Source: Podarcis cretensis
Taxonomy: Eukaryota
Direction: 5' to 3'
DNA: 64,000 nt
Assembly (NCBI GenBank): GCA_951804945.1
Contig: OX638154.1
Span: 62,372,001 to 62,436,000, forward strand
The notes beneath the pieces are model-generated. The model was given only the letters and a program-made list of their open reading frames with translations, made no database searches and was not told where the DNA came from. This document shows, one piece after another, positions 1-12,931 of the stretch. Position numbers and translations under genes: made by a program. Position 1 is the first letter of the stretch; the number at the start of each line of letters is the position of its first letter.

Positions 1-1255
1 CTATGCATTTGCATGGCCTTCTCAGTTCCATTAGACGTGTTCTCACCCAACCAGCCACTTGAGCAGTTGTTCACAAACTGAGTATTCCTGGATTAGACCC
101 AATTTAATTTAGATGTGCTAATAGCAGTGTGATTGCCACTTGAAACACAACAGTGCAGAGGCAGTTCCATGGGGTTAGCTGTTTGTTGGAGGCAACTTCC
201 CATACAATTTTGGTAATTTCAACAATGCCAGTACAAATTCTGCACCTTGCATGATCTGGGCCTTAGTCAAGTGATTGCCAGCTCTCCATTAGACCTTGGC
301 CAGCTCTTTCCTTCAGAACCTTAGCAAACGTGTCTCTCTCTTTACCATGGTTCTTGCCACTTTTGATCATTTCCTTCGAAGATATTACTTCACTGTTGGG
401 TAATGTGTGCAAGCCGATAAAGGATATTAAATACACATGTGCTTATATAGTTATTCACATAGGTTATTCTGGCGTACTGCATCTTACCACTATGTGTTAC
501 ACTCAGCAGAGATAAGCATGTGGATTGTTTACACATGACAGAGCACCCAATTGCTCCTACACGGAATTGATATGTAAAATAATGTAGTGTGAAGTAGCCT
601 TGGTTCTGCTCAGCTGCAGTCAGATTTTTAAAAATATATTGACACCTATAGCTAATATGAAGAGTTTGTGCTTACTTTCAACAAGTACACCTCTGTATGG
701 TTAATAACTTGTGATGACTAAGAGAATATACTATTTACTTAGTCAAAATTCTGAAAGTTGGCAAATAAACTAATTATTATATAGCAGTAATCAGCATATT
801 TATTTGCAAATTTGGAATTTTTGTGAATGCACTGGGCAATTATCATTCATTTATCAGGCTATACTTGTTTCCATTACAGGACTGGTGGAATAGACAGGTT
901 ATTAATGGTACTTAAAAGTAAAACTCAGTTGTCACTCTTGTATGCTTCTACAAATACCTTACACAGATAAGAAGCTAATTAGAAACAACACCAGTAGTTA
1001 ATAACTGCACAATATATTTGGGTTTTTCTCTCACATAGGTTACTTCTCCTTAAATGTCTTACCACTTACAGCTTTGCTATTTACAGCTAAACATTTTTAT
1101 ATGAAAGTATGTTCCGATTGATTATGCTAATATTTACTTGTAAGTACATAAGCTTAAGACTATAGTGCTGGGGAGATTATCAAGGCAATGACCGTATTGT
1201 AGGCAAAAATGTATTGTGTCGACATTTAAAATGCCTTGATCAGGCTCTGACATAC

Positions 1256-1281
1256 TTTTTTTTTTTTTTTTTTTTTTTTTT
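1256..1281. repeat. poly(T) tract, about 26 nt
   Basis: Homopolymer read directly. Confidence 0.9.
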
Positions 1282-2595
1282 GCATTCCTGGACTATGGGC
1301 AGAATATTAAGAATCTTGATTTTAATGTTTTGAAAAATAAGTGTCTTAGTTTATTGCATTTGGGAGTAATGATAAATTGTTAGTTCCAAAGCAGTGGGGA
1401 ACCTTGTTGGCTCCATGGGCCAGATCCTTATCATGAGTCAAATTTAGCACATGGGTAGGGCCCCCTACCTGACATTCACCTGGCATCACAATGACATCAG
1501 ATGATTCAGTGCTATGAAGTCTCAAGGAAGCAGTTTCCAACCTGCTTAGGGCTGGGTTTGGGAACTCTCCCATGTACCCAAATTGAGCAGAATTGACCCC
1601 TCCCCCACTCTCCTGCACCTCAGCTGTTCATAACAGTGTGAACAAACCCTGTGCAAGGCTTATCCTTCCCTCCTTCTCTGGCATGGTGACCAGGAACAGA
1701 TTGGTAGCAACCACACATTTTCAGGTTTGAATAATCTAAAATTAATAGAAAAGTGTCTTATTGCCCCCGCTCATCCATAGTGGATGGAGACAGGGCATGT
1801 GTGAGCCTGAGGCATGCATAAATTCATTCCCATCACAATAACCCATGGTTTATGATCCCATCCCAAACACATCCACTGTAGCTACTTTTCTTCATACATG
1901 GAGAGACTTCCATGGGTATCAGTAAACAAAGGGTCTAAAATAGGAGGCACAATGAAGAAAGAGGCAAACTTTATTCTCAGATACAAGTTCTAGTATCTTC
2001 TGATACCACAGAGATCTTGCTTCAAAAGTCAAATAAGAAAATCCTTACTGTGGCAAAATCCAAGAAGACTCAGTGTGAATTATCTCTATAAAGACTTCCG
2101 CCTGAGAGGAATTATGGCAGTTTATTACCACCACCATCCAAATGCAATAGATCTCTGATACAGAAAACAGCCTTCTCTGGCTCACTGAATAGGACGTTTA
2201 GTCAGGTAGCTTACCCTTGGGAGTTTCTGCTTCCTTTGTACATAGAAATGTGCAATAGACTCTATAAAGCTGACAATAGATGTAATATCTGCTGACCCTA
2301 TCTTGGAAAGTGAATTCAATAGGACATTTTTCCTCCCAGCCGCAGTCTGTTCCTCATACTATAGCTCAAGAAGCTGAGGGCTCCTGGCTCTGCAATTCCC
2401 CACATTACTCTGCCAGAGTCCGAGTCGACTGACCTTCAGAGCTCAGCACAAGGGTTATCTTTCCTTTCAGACTTTGCTTGAATGTTACATGAGGGAGGAA
2501 TGTATGTGGCAAGTGATGAGTAACAGTCTTTCTGCGTTTCACCTCTGCATCGCTCAAGTTAAAAATCTTTTTGGCTTATGAAGTGAATTCAGAAT

Positions 2596-2599
<4 letters not shown>

Positions 2600-2641
<42 letters not shown>
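2600..2641. repeat. (GA)n microsatellite, about 21 units
   Basis: Read directly. Confidence 0.95.
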
Positions 2642-2645
<4 letters not shown>

Positions 2646-2983
2646 TCCAAGCAATGATTTCCTTGCCTAGCCACACTATTTAGCAAAATCCTCAAAGTAC
2701 TTTTCTGGCTCCCCAAAGAAGCTGCCTTTATGTCAAATTTGTTCTCTCAATCTTTTCCTCATTTCCCACAGAATTTGCTTTGCTTATCCAGTTCTATTCT
2801 GTGATGGTTTGTTAATGTGAAAGAGAGGGAGAACTATAAAACCTTACTCATAATGATCACGTAATGACTTTGTTCCACGTAAAAGACCAGTCCATGTTAA
2901 AATGGAATGGAAAATCTTACTTGTAGCTGCTGCTGCTGCTGTAATTGTTGTAGTAGTTCCTGCTGTTACAGTTGTTGTAGTTA

Positions 2984-3237
2984 CAGTGGTGCCTCGCAAG
3001 ACGAAATTAATTCGTTCCGCGAGTTGCTTCGTCTTGCGATTTTTTTCGTCTTGCGGAGCGCGGATTCCCCGGGTATTAACGGTTTTACGAAAAAGGAAGC
3101 AAACCCGCAAGACGTTTTCGTCTTGCGAAGCAAGCCCATAGGGAAATTCGTCTTGCGAAGCACCTCAAAAAACGGAAAACCCTTTCGTCTAGCGAGTTTT
3201 TCGTCTTGCGAGGCATTCGTCTTGCGGGGCACCACTG
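2984..3237. mobile_element. Tc1/mariner-pogo (Tigger-like) MITE, 254 bp
   Basis: 22-bp TIRs CAGTGGTGCCTCGCAAGACGAA / TTCGTCTTGCGGGGCACCACTG (1 mismatch), TA on both sides, internal TTCGTCTTGCG repeats, CpG-rich. Confidence 0.92.
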
Positions 3238-3833
3238 TATAGTTGTTGCATAGACTAACAGTAACCTCATAAGTGGATCCTTATGTACTGAAATTCACAC
3301 CAGCAACAGACAAGAGGGAAGTGCCAGCAGACTCAAGGCATTTTTGGGTCAGGGCTACATAGTTCAATGAGGACTGAGCTTGCTATGGGCAGCTTAACTG
3401 ACTTTGGGGCAGACAGGAATGGAAACGAGGCTAGAGGAGTGGGAAAGAAATGAAATGGGGTGAAGAGGAAATAGCTGGCTGGCTGGAACCCTAAAGGAGA
3501 GCACTCCAGCCTGCAACACTTTGTACATGGTGTTTTTACAGAGTAGCTATGAAATTAAACTTCTTCATGGAATAAATGTCAGAACAATTCTCCTCCTCCC
3601 ATACCACTGAAGCTTTGTAAAAATAAAAATGAAAAACGGGGCCACCGTGCAAACAAGTTATTGCTAAAGCTGAATTCTTAAGAAGGATGGAAATGGTTGG
3701 ACTATACAGCCTGCTCTAAAATACTTTACCTTTGCAGCTAGAAGTGACATAAGCAGAGTTCAGGCAACCCGCCTCCTGCACCCTGTGGCCACATCCTCCT
3801 CCATCCTCTCGTGAGGAGTTCTATGCACATACC

Positions 3834-3864
3834 AACATACATACATACATACATACATACATAC
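3834..3864. repeat. (ACAT)n microsatellite
   Basis: Read directly, about 7-8 units. Confidence 0.9.
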
Positions 3865-4397
3865 AGTTCCTCTATGCAAGAGGAGATCTTGAGGCAATCA
3901 GGATCCCCACCTTTCATGGATGAGCTCCACAGGCATGTACATGCATAGTGCCCTTTTCACACACTGAGCATCTGTACTGTTGGCATTTACAAATTGAATA
4001 CTACGTTTGAACACCCTGTTCACTTAGGCTCTGGTGTGACAAACTATAGGGAGACACTCTTGCACATATACACACACATGCTTAAGCTCTCATCCTCTTG
4101 CATTTCTTTGTCTGCCGTCTCCAAAATAAATATGATGGATTATGGACTAGACTGTAGAGGAAGTGGGATTGTTGGCCTGGAGTTTCCGCATGCCACCAAA
4201 AGGGAAATGGAACTGAAAACACCAACAGGTTTTCAGCTAGTATACCTTACCTTCTCTCCCAGGCCTCTACAGGCCTCTGAGCACATCCTGCTAGTAGAAA
4301 GCAGGAGTTGACTTTTGTTCCAAAGCACAGGGCTGGAAGGGTGGAGCAAAGCACTCAAGGGAGACAGAAGATTAACAGGGCAGAAGAAGCAGAGTAG

Positions 4398-4658
<261 letters not shown>

Positions 4659-7600
4659 TAGAGTGGCTTTTTTAGGGCTTCGAAGCTATCTTCCATGTTT
4701 GTATTTATTTAAAAATTATTAGACTGCGTTTCAGATTTAATATACGAGGTAGTGTGTGTGAGATTACAGAAGTTGAGTGCTTCTGCAGCTGTAAATATTT
4801 TGGTAATATTCATTCCAGTATTTTAGGCAAGCATTTGTAGTGTTGCATTATGGTTTCCGTGACTCTCAAGGCTTCCTTATTCTAAAATAATACTGAGAAT
4901 TAGGTTTGCTTGCCCCCAAAGAGTGGCATCCTGCAATTTATATTATGTTGTAAAATGACAGGTGGGAGACCCTTTCAAACTATTGTTAACGTGAATTGAT
5001 TTTATTCTTTAATGGCTTTTAATGGCATTGCAGGAGAGGTTGTTTTGTCGATTTAAATGTTGGAAAGTTTGAATGAAGTCTTTCTACGTACCATTGATAC
5101 TGTTGTTCCACTTCTGGATTTGTTAGTTACTTTTCAAGTCATTCTTTTGGCTTAACTTTTCTTCTGTTTCCTGCTACATAAATATCTTACCACTTGTCAC
5201 AAAATATTTTGCTTCTTAAAGGAAATTATATTATTACTTTTTAAAGTATAATTGCAGCTTATGGACAAAAGGCCCCTTGATTTTTTTTCTAAGTGATTCT
5301 TTTGTTATTGTTATTTCTAATTTGCACACAATTCTGAAATAAAGATGTTGATTTTGAATTTGTGAGCAAGCAAGCTAAAAGACAGTCATTCTAATAAATA
5401 CTTGTCAAAGCAGTCCATTGTATTAAACCAGGGCTTGCTAATATGGTATCCATGGGTGCGTGTGCAGGCACAGAGGCCTTCCTTTGTGCCCGCAGAGTCC
5501 CCTCCCCAACTGAAATTAGACTTGGGAGAAGTATTCTGTTGTAGCCAATAAGCTAGGTAGCATTGTGTCCTTGATTGTGGTGTGTGTATGTGGTGTCCAC
5601 AACAGTTTCTGCTGTTTGTAAATGTGCCAATGGACTCACAAATATTGGTGATCCCATTATCACTTCTGGTGCTACTCCATTCTCATGAAGCAGTTGCAAT
5701 CTCTTAGGCCACCAATACCAAGAGAACTAAAGAACTTATATCTTGCCATGTATTGTGGCAAGGTCTAAGTTCTTAAATTGCTGTTACTCTCTCTGAAAAC
5801 ATGTGGTGAAGGGTGGGTAATTCAAAGTATTACTAGTAGTAGTAGTAGTAGTAATAAAAATAATAATGTGTTAATAGTAAAAGATGGAGGGAATGTAAGG
5901 ATGAATGGTTGGGCTTAAGGAAGAGCACTTACGTTTAGAAAAATAGGAAGAAGAATACTATAGTGCCTTTGTTTCATAATACAGGGGGGAAAGGAAAGAA
6001 TAAGGTGAAATGGGGTGCTGGAAGAAAGTAACTTGGCAAATTTCTAGTCATGAAAGTGGGGTTGCTGAAAAGGGGATAAAAGAAGGGAAGAGCTAATGAT
6101 ACAAAAGAGTATCAGAAGGTTTAGCATGTAGAGATGGTAGGATGCATTCTAGAAGAGTGATGAAATCTAAACTAACTGCTCAGTTTGGCAAAAATGATTT
6201 AACAGAAGTCACCCAGCCCCCGTCCTCACTTTGGCAAAAGCGACATAAGACATTTACAGCTGTTTTCTTGGGCAGGCAGAGTTCACAGGTATGAAAAAGT
6301 TTCCACTTACTTTAACAAAACCATATAAAATATTGTATAAGCTAAAGTGCTTTCCCAGTTTCTCTTAGAAAGGAAGTTAAAAATCCCATTCATTCTCAGG
6401 CAGCCTGCTTTTCACCAAGTCATATATGTCTTAAGATTATTTCAGTTTCATATTCTAGGCTGGAATGGGGAATTTCTGGATACTATTGAACTCCCCAGCC
6501 AACATGACCAATAGTTTGGGATGATGGAAACTGCATTATAGGGGAAACTCCCATAGGTGTTGCTTATGGGTGGTGGAGGTAGCCTGGATCTTAGGGGCTG
6601 TACAGGCACACTGGCAGACCCAACCTGGCATTTCCACTGGTTTTCCCACACAGCCCAGATTTCCACCACCTAGCCTCATTGGTCTCCTTTCCTATAAATG
6701 GCAGACATTCTACTGCCAGGAAGCTAGTGTTCTGGCTCTGATCCAATGGCCAACATACTTATACTCAAGGCTACCTCAAAACCACAGAGCTGTAACCTGT
6801 AGCAAATACATGCATAATATTGGAGAAATTATGTAGATGGCACCATGCTGAGAAGATAAACATGACTACCAGCAATTCCTGTTCATGTATCTACACATTC
6901 AGCCCCTATCTCCATGTCACATGCAGTAACACTGTTAGAATCAAAGTTTCACACTCCAGTCACTGCATTTTTCTCTGCTGAAGCATTATGCATCTGTAAA
7001 CTTCCAGGCAAAATGCCCATAAGGAAGGGTTCTGCCCTATGGTTACTGCTACATCTGATGCAATTTTTGCAAACAAGTGTGTGTTGCCTTATTTGTAGTT
7101 TGGGCATGATAGACCAAGCAAAACACAGCATTAAATCCTTGCTCCTAATACTGTACTCATGGAGACTCGCATCCATTTACCTGCACTCCAGTGTGCTTGG
7201 GGAGCTCTCAGGCCTAAAAAGGCTGGAGTCTGCCAGAAAAGATGAATTTCCTTTCACCACAGGAAGACACAGGGAAGTAAAACAAAGCAGACACGTAGTA
7301 AATTATTCCTGCTTTTCAAATACCACTTGCGGTATCCTCCTTACCATTACTTTATCTCAGCACTTTCATCACATAACTCTTGCTAACGGAGAACGAAGGA
7401 AAGAGGAGATAATGAGGATACTTGGTAAGGAAATCAAGCGGTGTCAGGCTTCAGTTTGTACTCTGGTGCAATTCCGCATAGGCTCCATTTTTAAACTAGT
7501 ATAAACTGTTATACAGCCATAAATACACCTAAAAGCTCTCAGCTTTGGGATTTTGTTTTATTTTAATCTGCTATGATCAAATGCACTCCGTGAAGCTGAA

Positions 7601-8196
7601 TGATATAAAACATTCTGCTTTCCCCTTTCCTTTTCTCTCTGTCTTTCTCTTTCTAACTGCATTCTGTAATCCAACACAGATGTGATGTCCTTTTTAACTT
7701 ATGTGGCCCTTTTGAAGGCTGACATATACTGTAAGGTACTGACTTCTCCTTTAGATTTCTTTAAATTGATATATAGGTCAAACGGGCTGCTAGATATTTA
7801 ACCTTAGAATTAATAATCTTCTCTCACTATTTCTCACCACAGATTAATATTTTCATGTGGCTTTAAGCCTGCAAAATAGTGAGCTGACAGTGCTGATTAA
7901 AATTACGTTTTTTTTAAATTTTTGAATATCTTCTTTTTAAAACCCTTTGTTATTTGATAGCAGCACAAGGGTATAACTGGTTGGGTTACCTGGCCTCCCA
8001 CTCTCTTAACATTTCCCCCCAGTTTATTTTTGAATTTCAAGCTTTGAACCTGATAGGAAGAAAGTTGTTTTAAATTCTGTTAGGCTCTGGTCCCCAGATG
8101 AGTAGCAGTGGATATAAAAGACTGTGATACAAGGCTCATGGAAGTGGGATGGAATTCCAAAGATGAAATAAGAATTTATGATAGATACCCATTGCG

Positions 8197-8979
8197 TGTC
8201 GAGGTCCCCAAGCCACCCCCCAAAATAAATCACAATTCACACAGAACTTTTGTTTAAGGTTTTTGGCATAATTTTGGCCACAACTTTATTAAAATACATA
8301 AATATGAGTGGTTGCTTAGACACTGGTTACGACTATCTGTCCCCGCCCAGGGACAGAACTGACTTCCGCAACCCTGCGAAAGCCAGTAAGGGAAAACATT
8401 TTGGGGAGAAAATGGAGCTGGGCCCCAGACCCTCACCTCTCCCTGCATGCTCCCAGGGGCTTGCGCTGCCCAAGCCCCACACTAGGGATTCGGACGAAAG
8501 CATGGCGAGCCCCTGGGTTCCTTTAATGGAATTCCCTTGCAGCAGCAGCATTGGAGGGGCATGCACAGCCAACCCTTACCCCTCCACCAACCAATTTTTT
8601 AACCAATGCCAAACGGAACCTTACAAGTTGTGACGATTTGCTACGCAGTAGGGAAAAACCAAATGATACCAGCCAATCAGCCAAATGGACAAAATTCTTA
8701 CCAGGCCCCTGCCCCAAAAGCAGATCGCCCCATGACAGGCATAGTAAGGTCAAATGCAAAAGCCCTAAATTAGGGAGGGTGGGCGGGTGATCCGGTGCAC
8801 ACAGCGAAAGAGAACGCTCAACGCTGCGTGCTCAGTATATAAAATCCTTGGTCCATCCCACAAATTGACAACATCAAAATTTCCTCAACAATCCAACATA
8901 GCCCAATCACAAGCCTGGCCATCCAAATGGTCCCACCCAGCAACCGAAAGGGGGTGTCCTGCTAGACCCCACTGCAACA
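8197..8979 (-). mobile_element. Probable solo LTR (Gypsy-like), about 783 bp
   Basis: Termini TGTCG...CAACA. The 4-bp flanks TGCG and CGTG are each one CpG transition from CGCG. AATAAA on the minus strand at 8285-8290, TATA-like run at 8836-8844, and GC/CpG content above the flanks. Confidence 0.6.
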
Positions 8980-11001
8980 CGTGCTCTCCATGAAGGAGAA
9001 CACGCTTTATCAAATGTGTTGTTCTGGATTGTTTGTCCTTTCTTTTCCTCAAACTGTCTTACACATTTCTCACACCACTGTAATAATCACATCTTCTGCA
9101 CTTGGGTGCAGGGAAGGAGGAAAAGAGAAGCTGAACAGGAAAAACATGGGAGGAGCATGTAAAAAGTGAGTGGAAAGCCTAGCTATTCCACAGTAAATGT
9201 CCAGTGTGGAGGCAACGTGGATACTTTGCTACTAAACATTTAATGCATTTTCAAGAGCAAGCTCACTAGGACCTTGAGATCACAATGCATTAGTCTCAAC
9301 TGCTATTACATGAAAGAGGATAGCTGTGTTAGCACATTAAAGATTTCTTTTTCACACTCTGAGTGATTGGTTTCTTATCTACAATCTCAGAATGCTGCAC
9401 TGCTATTGGATTTGTCACCAATACAGCACAAACATGTATTTATTTATTTATTTATTTATCTAGATAATTTTTACCCCATTCTTCAGCCAAAAAAGGCTGC
9501 CAAACCAACTGAAATACTATAGTCCCTTGTCTGCAAGCTTACAATATTAAAGGCACAACACAAAAGGAAAGGGGGGTGGGAATGGAAGAGGAAAATGGCA
9601 AACATACACCAGTTATATAGTAGCTCCTGTAATGGTTAGCTGGAATGGAAGCAGTTAGTGACAGGAGGAGCCTCATCTTGCAGCAGATCTGATTGTATGA
9701 GCCCTGCTGTCCTTCTCCCCCACTAAAGTAGCCTGCTGGAATGCCAGCTGATGGGGAGAGGACCCAGTGGTCGGTTATCAGAGCCAATGTTTTTTACTTG
9801 CAAGAATTGGGATGCAAGCAATGATAAAAGCACAGAGCATGTTGAAAAACAGCAATTCCCCCCTATGCTTATATTTCCTCTGTGCAACTCACCAACATAG
9901 GGTCTTTGCTTACTGCAATCAGTATAGCTAGTTTTTGAAAACTGTTAGAAAATTTCTCCCAGAGTTGTTGAACTTCTTTTAGGGGGGAGATTACCAATTG
10001 GACACCCCTGTGGTCGACCAATTGGACACCCCTGATCTATATCAATTGCTGTGTAGAAAAGAGGTTATAAAAAGGTAGTCATGGCACTCCAAAATGTACA
10101 TATCTTGAAAAAAACCAAGCCACCACCACACCATCCTCACAATCTTTAAAGTATGCTAAAACCATTGTAGGCTGATGAAGGTCCTTGCATGATGGATATA
10201 CACTAACGTGTAATAAACTCCATTGCACTGTACTGTTTTCTTCACCCTCTGGAGTAGGTGTTGGTATCTGCACAGGAACAGGAGGAGCTCAGAGTTCTTC
10301 TGCACCATATATTCCTGACTACCGTGTTAACTTTTTTCTGTTTCTTCCTGTGTCCAGCTGTGGTAGCTACTAGAAGCACTAGTTGAACTGACTTTAGTCA
10401 GATATATTATACAGAGCTTAGAGAATCATTGCTGAAATCCATGATGATATATTTCTTTTTGTACACTGTCTACTTTTACAGAGCCTCACTTCTGTTATAT
10501 CCAACAGGCTGCAGCCAACAAAATCTATTAATGAATATGATGCTACAAAAAATGCAGCAGGTCAATAGAAGTACTTGAGGCACAATCATAGTCTTTTTCC
10601 ATTGTAGCCATTAAGTAAAATAATTAAATACCCTTCATTTGCTGTAATAGACGTAGACACGATGACAGAAAGTGACCGTTGGATCAATATGTCTCTCTTT
10701 CTTCTGCAATTTATGAAGGAGCTGGTGACCATTATCTGTGACAATAATCTGTTTCATTGACATTATTGCCTTAGTACCACAAAAGTTATAGAGGGAAGAA
10801 CTGTCTGAAAATTGCATCCATCTTTTTTTATTATTATATTGGACAGTGTCTTCTTGGCTTTCCTCGATCTTTGGGTCTCTTCCATTATTACCTTAGTAGT
10901 ATGACACTCGTTCTAGCATGTGTCCTTCCCATACCACCCCAGTGACATTGGAAGTCCGTAGTCCTGTAGGAGGAGTCCATGCAGTGGCTCCTTCCCATGC
11001 T

Positions 11002-11247
11002 TTGTTGTTATTGTTTAGTTGTTTAGTCATGTCCGACTCTTCATGACTCCATGGACCAGAGCACGCCAGGCACTCCTGTCTTCCATCACCTCGCGCAGTT
11101 TGGTCAAACTCATGCTGGTAGCTTCAAGGACACTGTCCAACCATCTTGTCCTCTGCCGTCCCCTTCTCCTCAGCTTCAGGATCTGTCCTTCCATTGAGCA
11201 CTCAGGGCTGATTTCCTTCAGAATGGATAGGTTTGATCATCTTGCAG
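11002..11247 (-). mobile_element. RTE-BovB LINE 3' end with internal deletion
   Basis: (CAA)n-type tail read as ttgttgttattgtt, then tagtcatgtccgactcttcatgactccatggaccagagcacgccagg and ccaaccatcttgtcctctgccgtccccttctcct, the typical squamate BovB 3' end. Recalled consensus sequence is missing near 11170. Confidence 0.85.
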
Positions 11248-11450
11248 GGCCAGTTTGGGGTGGGGTGTAGGGAGACGCTTGAGGGACAGAGGCTGAGGCC
11301 TGGTGGGTCGCAATCCCCCTGCTTCAGGCCTGAAGTTCCAAACCCCTAGAGTAGAAAAAGAAAAGGGTTTTAATAATGGAGGAAGAGTAGGACAAAAGGC
11401 TGGGAAGAAACTTGGCACAAATTTTCTGTTTTGTGACCAATTGCAATAAA
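11244..11450 (+). repeat. 207-bp direct copy of 12513-12719
   Basis: Manual alignment gives 6 substitutions in 207 bp and no indels. Confidence 0.97.
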
Positions 11451-12001
11451 ACGACATGCAAATGAGGATGGCCTAATTCTCCCCACAGAGGCAGAAGCTG
11501 GGATTCTGCACCCTCCCTTGTGCAAACAGCCTGTCTCTCCAGACTTTTAACTCTCCCCCCATTCCAAAGTTTTTTCTCCATGCAACCATGTTTAAATGAG
11601 GAAGAAGGCCTGTGTGGGCTAGGATTTGGAGGCTGGTACCCTCTTGTGCCTGGGACGCGGGTGGCGCTGTGGGTTAAACCACAGAGCCTAGGACTTGCCA
11701 ATCAGAAGGTCAGCGGTTCGAATCCCCGTGACAGGGTGAGCTCCCGTTGCTCGGTCCCTGCTCCTGCCAACCTAGCAGTTCAAAAGCACGTCAAAGTGCA
11801 AGTAGATAAATAGGTACCGCTCCGGCGGGAAGGTAAATGGAGTTTCCGTGCACTGCTCTGGTTCGCCAGAAGCAGCTTAGTCATGCTGGCCACATGACCC
11901 GGAAACTACGCCAGCTCCCTCAGCCAATAAAACGAGATGAGCGCCGCAACCCCCGAGTCGGTCACAACTGGACCTAATGGTCAGGGTCCCTTTACCTTTA
12001 C
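11449..12001 (+). repeat. About 553-bp inverted copy of 34151-34704 (203 bp of flank plus a Sauria SINE)
   Basis: The flank differs at about 2 of 203 positions and the SINE part at about 22 of 350, many at CpG. ORFs 11520..11813(+) and 34370..34633(-) are near-identical translations. Confidence 0.97.
11652..12001 (+). mobile_element. Sauria SINE (Squam1), passively duplicated copy
   Basis: Head GGGACGCGGGTGGCGCTGTGGG, B-box GGTTCGAATCC, (CTTTAC)n tail. Carries only the 5' TSD copy of the 34-kb element. Confidence 0.93.
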
Positions 12002-12269
12002 ATGATCCAGAAAGAGATGTATCCCCCCCCCCCATCATAGATTTCTTTATAGCTGGATTGGGGCAGATTTGTGGGCTTGGAGTCAAAGATAGCAGCCATA
12101 ATAATGCTACAATTGGTTCCTTGCACAATCCAGTGTATTAGGTACCATGTGCTGTAAAGTTTGTCTTTTCAGAAGAATCTGGGTTCCAGGATGATTAAGT
12201 AGCCAGGAAACTGACATTAGAAAAGAAATTAAATGGAAGCATACTTGCAACAGCTCCAGTTCGGTAGAA

Positions 12270-12617
12270 CATGGCTGAGGAACCTTTTTCAGACCAAAGA
12301 CCACATTCCCATCAGAACAACCTTCTGATGGTCACATGAGTGGTGGGTGGGGCCAGGGGCAAAAGTGGGTGGAGCAACAAATGTAAACTTTACAATTGTA
12401 CAGTAGCTTAATTTCCCACAGTGCTTAATTTTATTCTCTATCCAAGTGAGCAAGAGGCGTTATCAGAGTTCAGGGACACATTCCAGGCAGGAAAAAACAC
12501 TTGGGGGTTAAAGCAGGGCCAGTTTGGGGTGGGGTGTAGGTAGACGTTTGAGGGACAGAGGCCGAGGCCTGGTGGGTTGCAATCCCCCTGCTTCAGGCCT
12601 GAAGTTCCACACCCCTA
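12270..12617. mobile_element. Degenerate non-autonomous hAT-type element
   Basis: Imperfect TIRs CATGGCTGAGGAACCT / AAGTTCCACACCCCTA and 8-bp flanks CGGTAGAA / GAGTAGAA. Confidence 0.6.
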
Positions 12618-12931
12618 GAGTAGAAAAAGAAAAGGGTTTTAATAATGGAGGAAGAGTAGGACAAAAGGCTGGGAAGAAACTTGGCACAAATTTTCTGCTT
12701 TGTGACCAATTGCAATAAAGTTCCCACCTCTTTAATGTAGTACACGATTTGCAATAAGAAAACACAGAAGTGTTTTCTTTTGTCTTCAATATTTTTAATT
12801 GTGCCCATGACAACCTATGTTCCATAATAATATTTCATTTTAACTTTTATTTTCCTGCACACCTGGCTCCATAGTTGCTTACGTACTCCTTTACCATTAA
12901 AAAAGTAATGAATTTAATAAATAGTTATAGA

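Noticed and set aside
2984-3237. CRISPR-like repeat-spacer array
   Set aside because: Vertebrate intron, irregular spacing, 11-bp motif, bounded by TIRs and TA. It is a MITE.
2844-3270. Five overlapping ORFs, one resembling a Cys-rich metallothionein or keratin-associated protein
   Set aside because: Produced by a (GCT/GTT/GTA)n low-complexity run plus a GC-rich MITE.
6914-7504. Longest ORF in the track (196 aa)
   Set aside because: No recognisable domain or link to the NFIA frame. Treated as a chance intronic ORF.
11244-12001. Assembly artefact as the cause of the duplications
   Set aside because: The copies differ from their donors by 1-6% with many CpG transitions, and the junctions show microhomology, as expected for a real and aged event.
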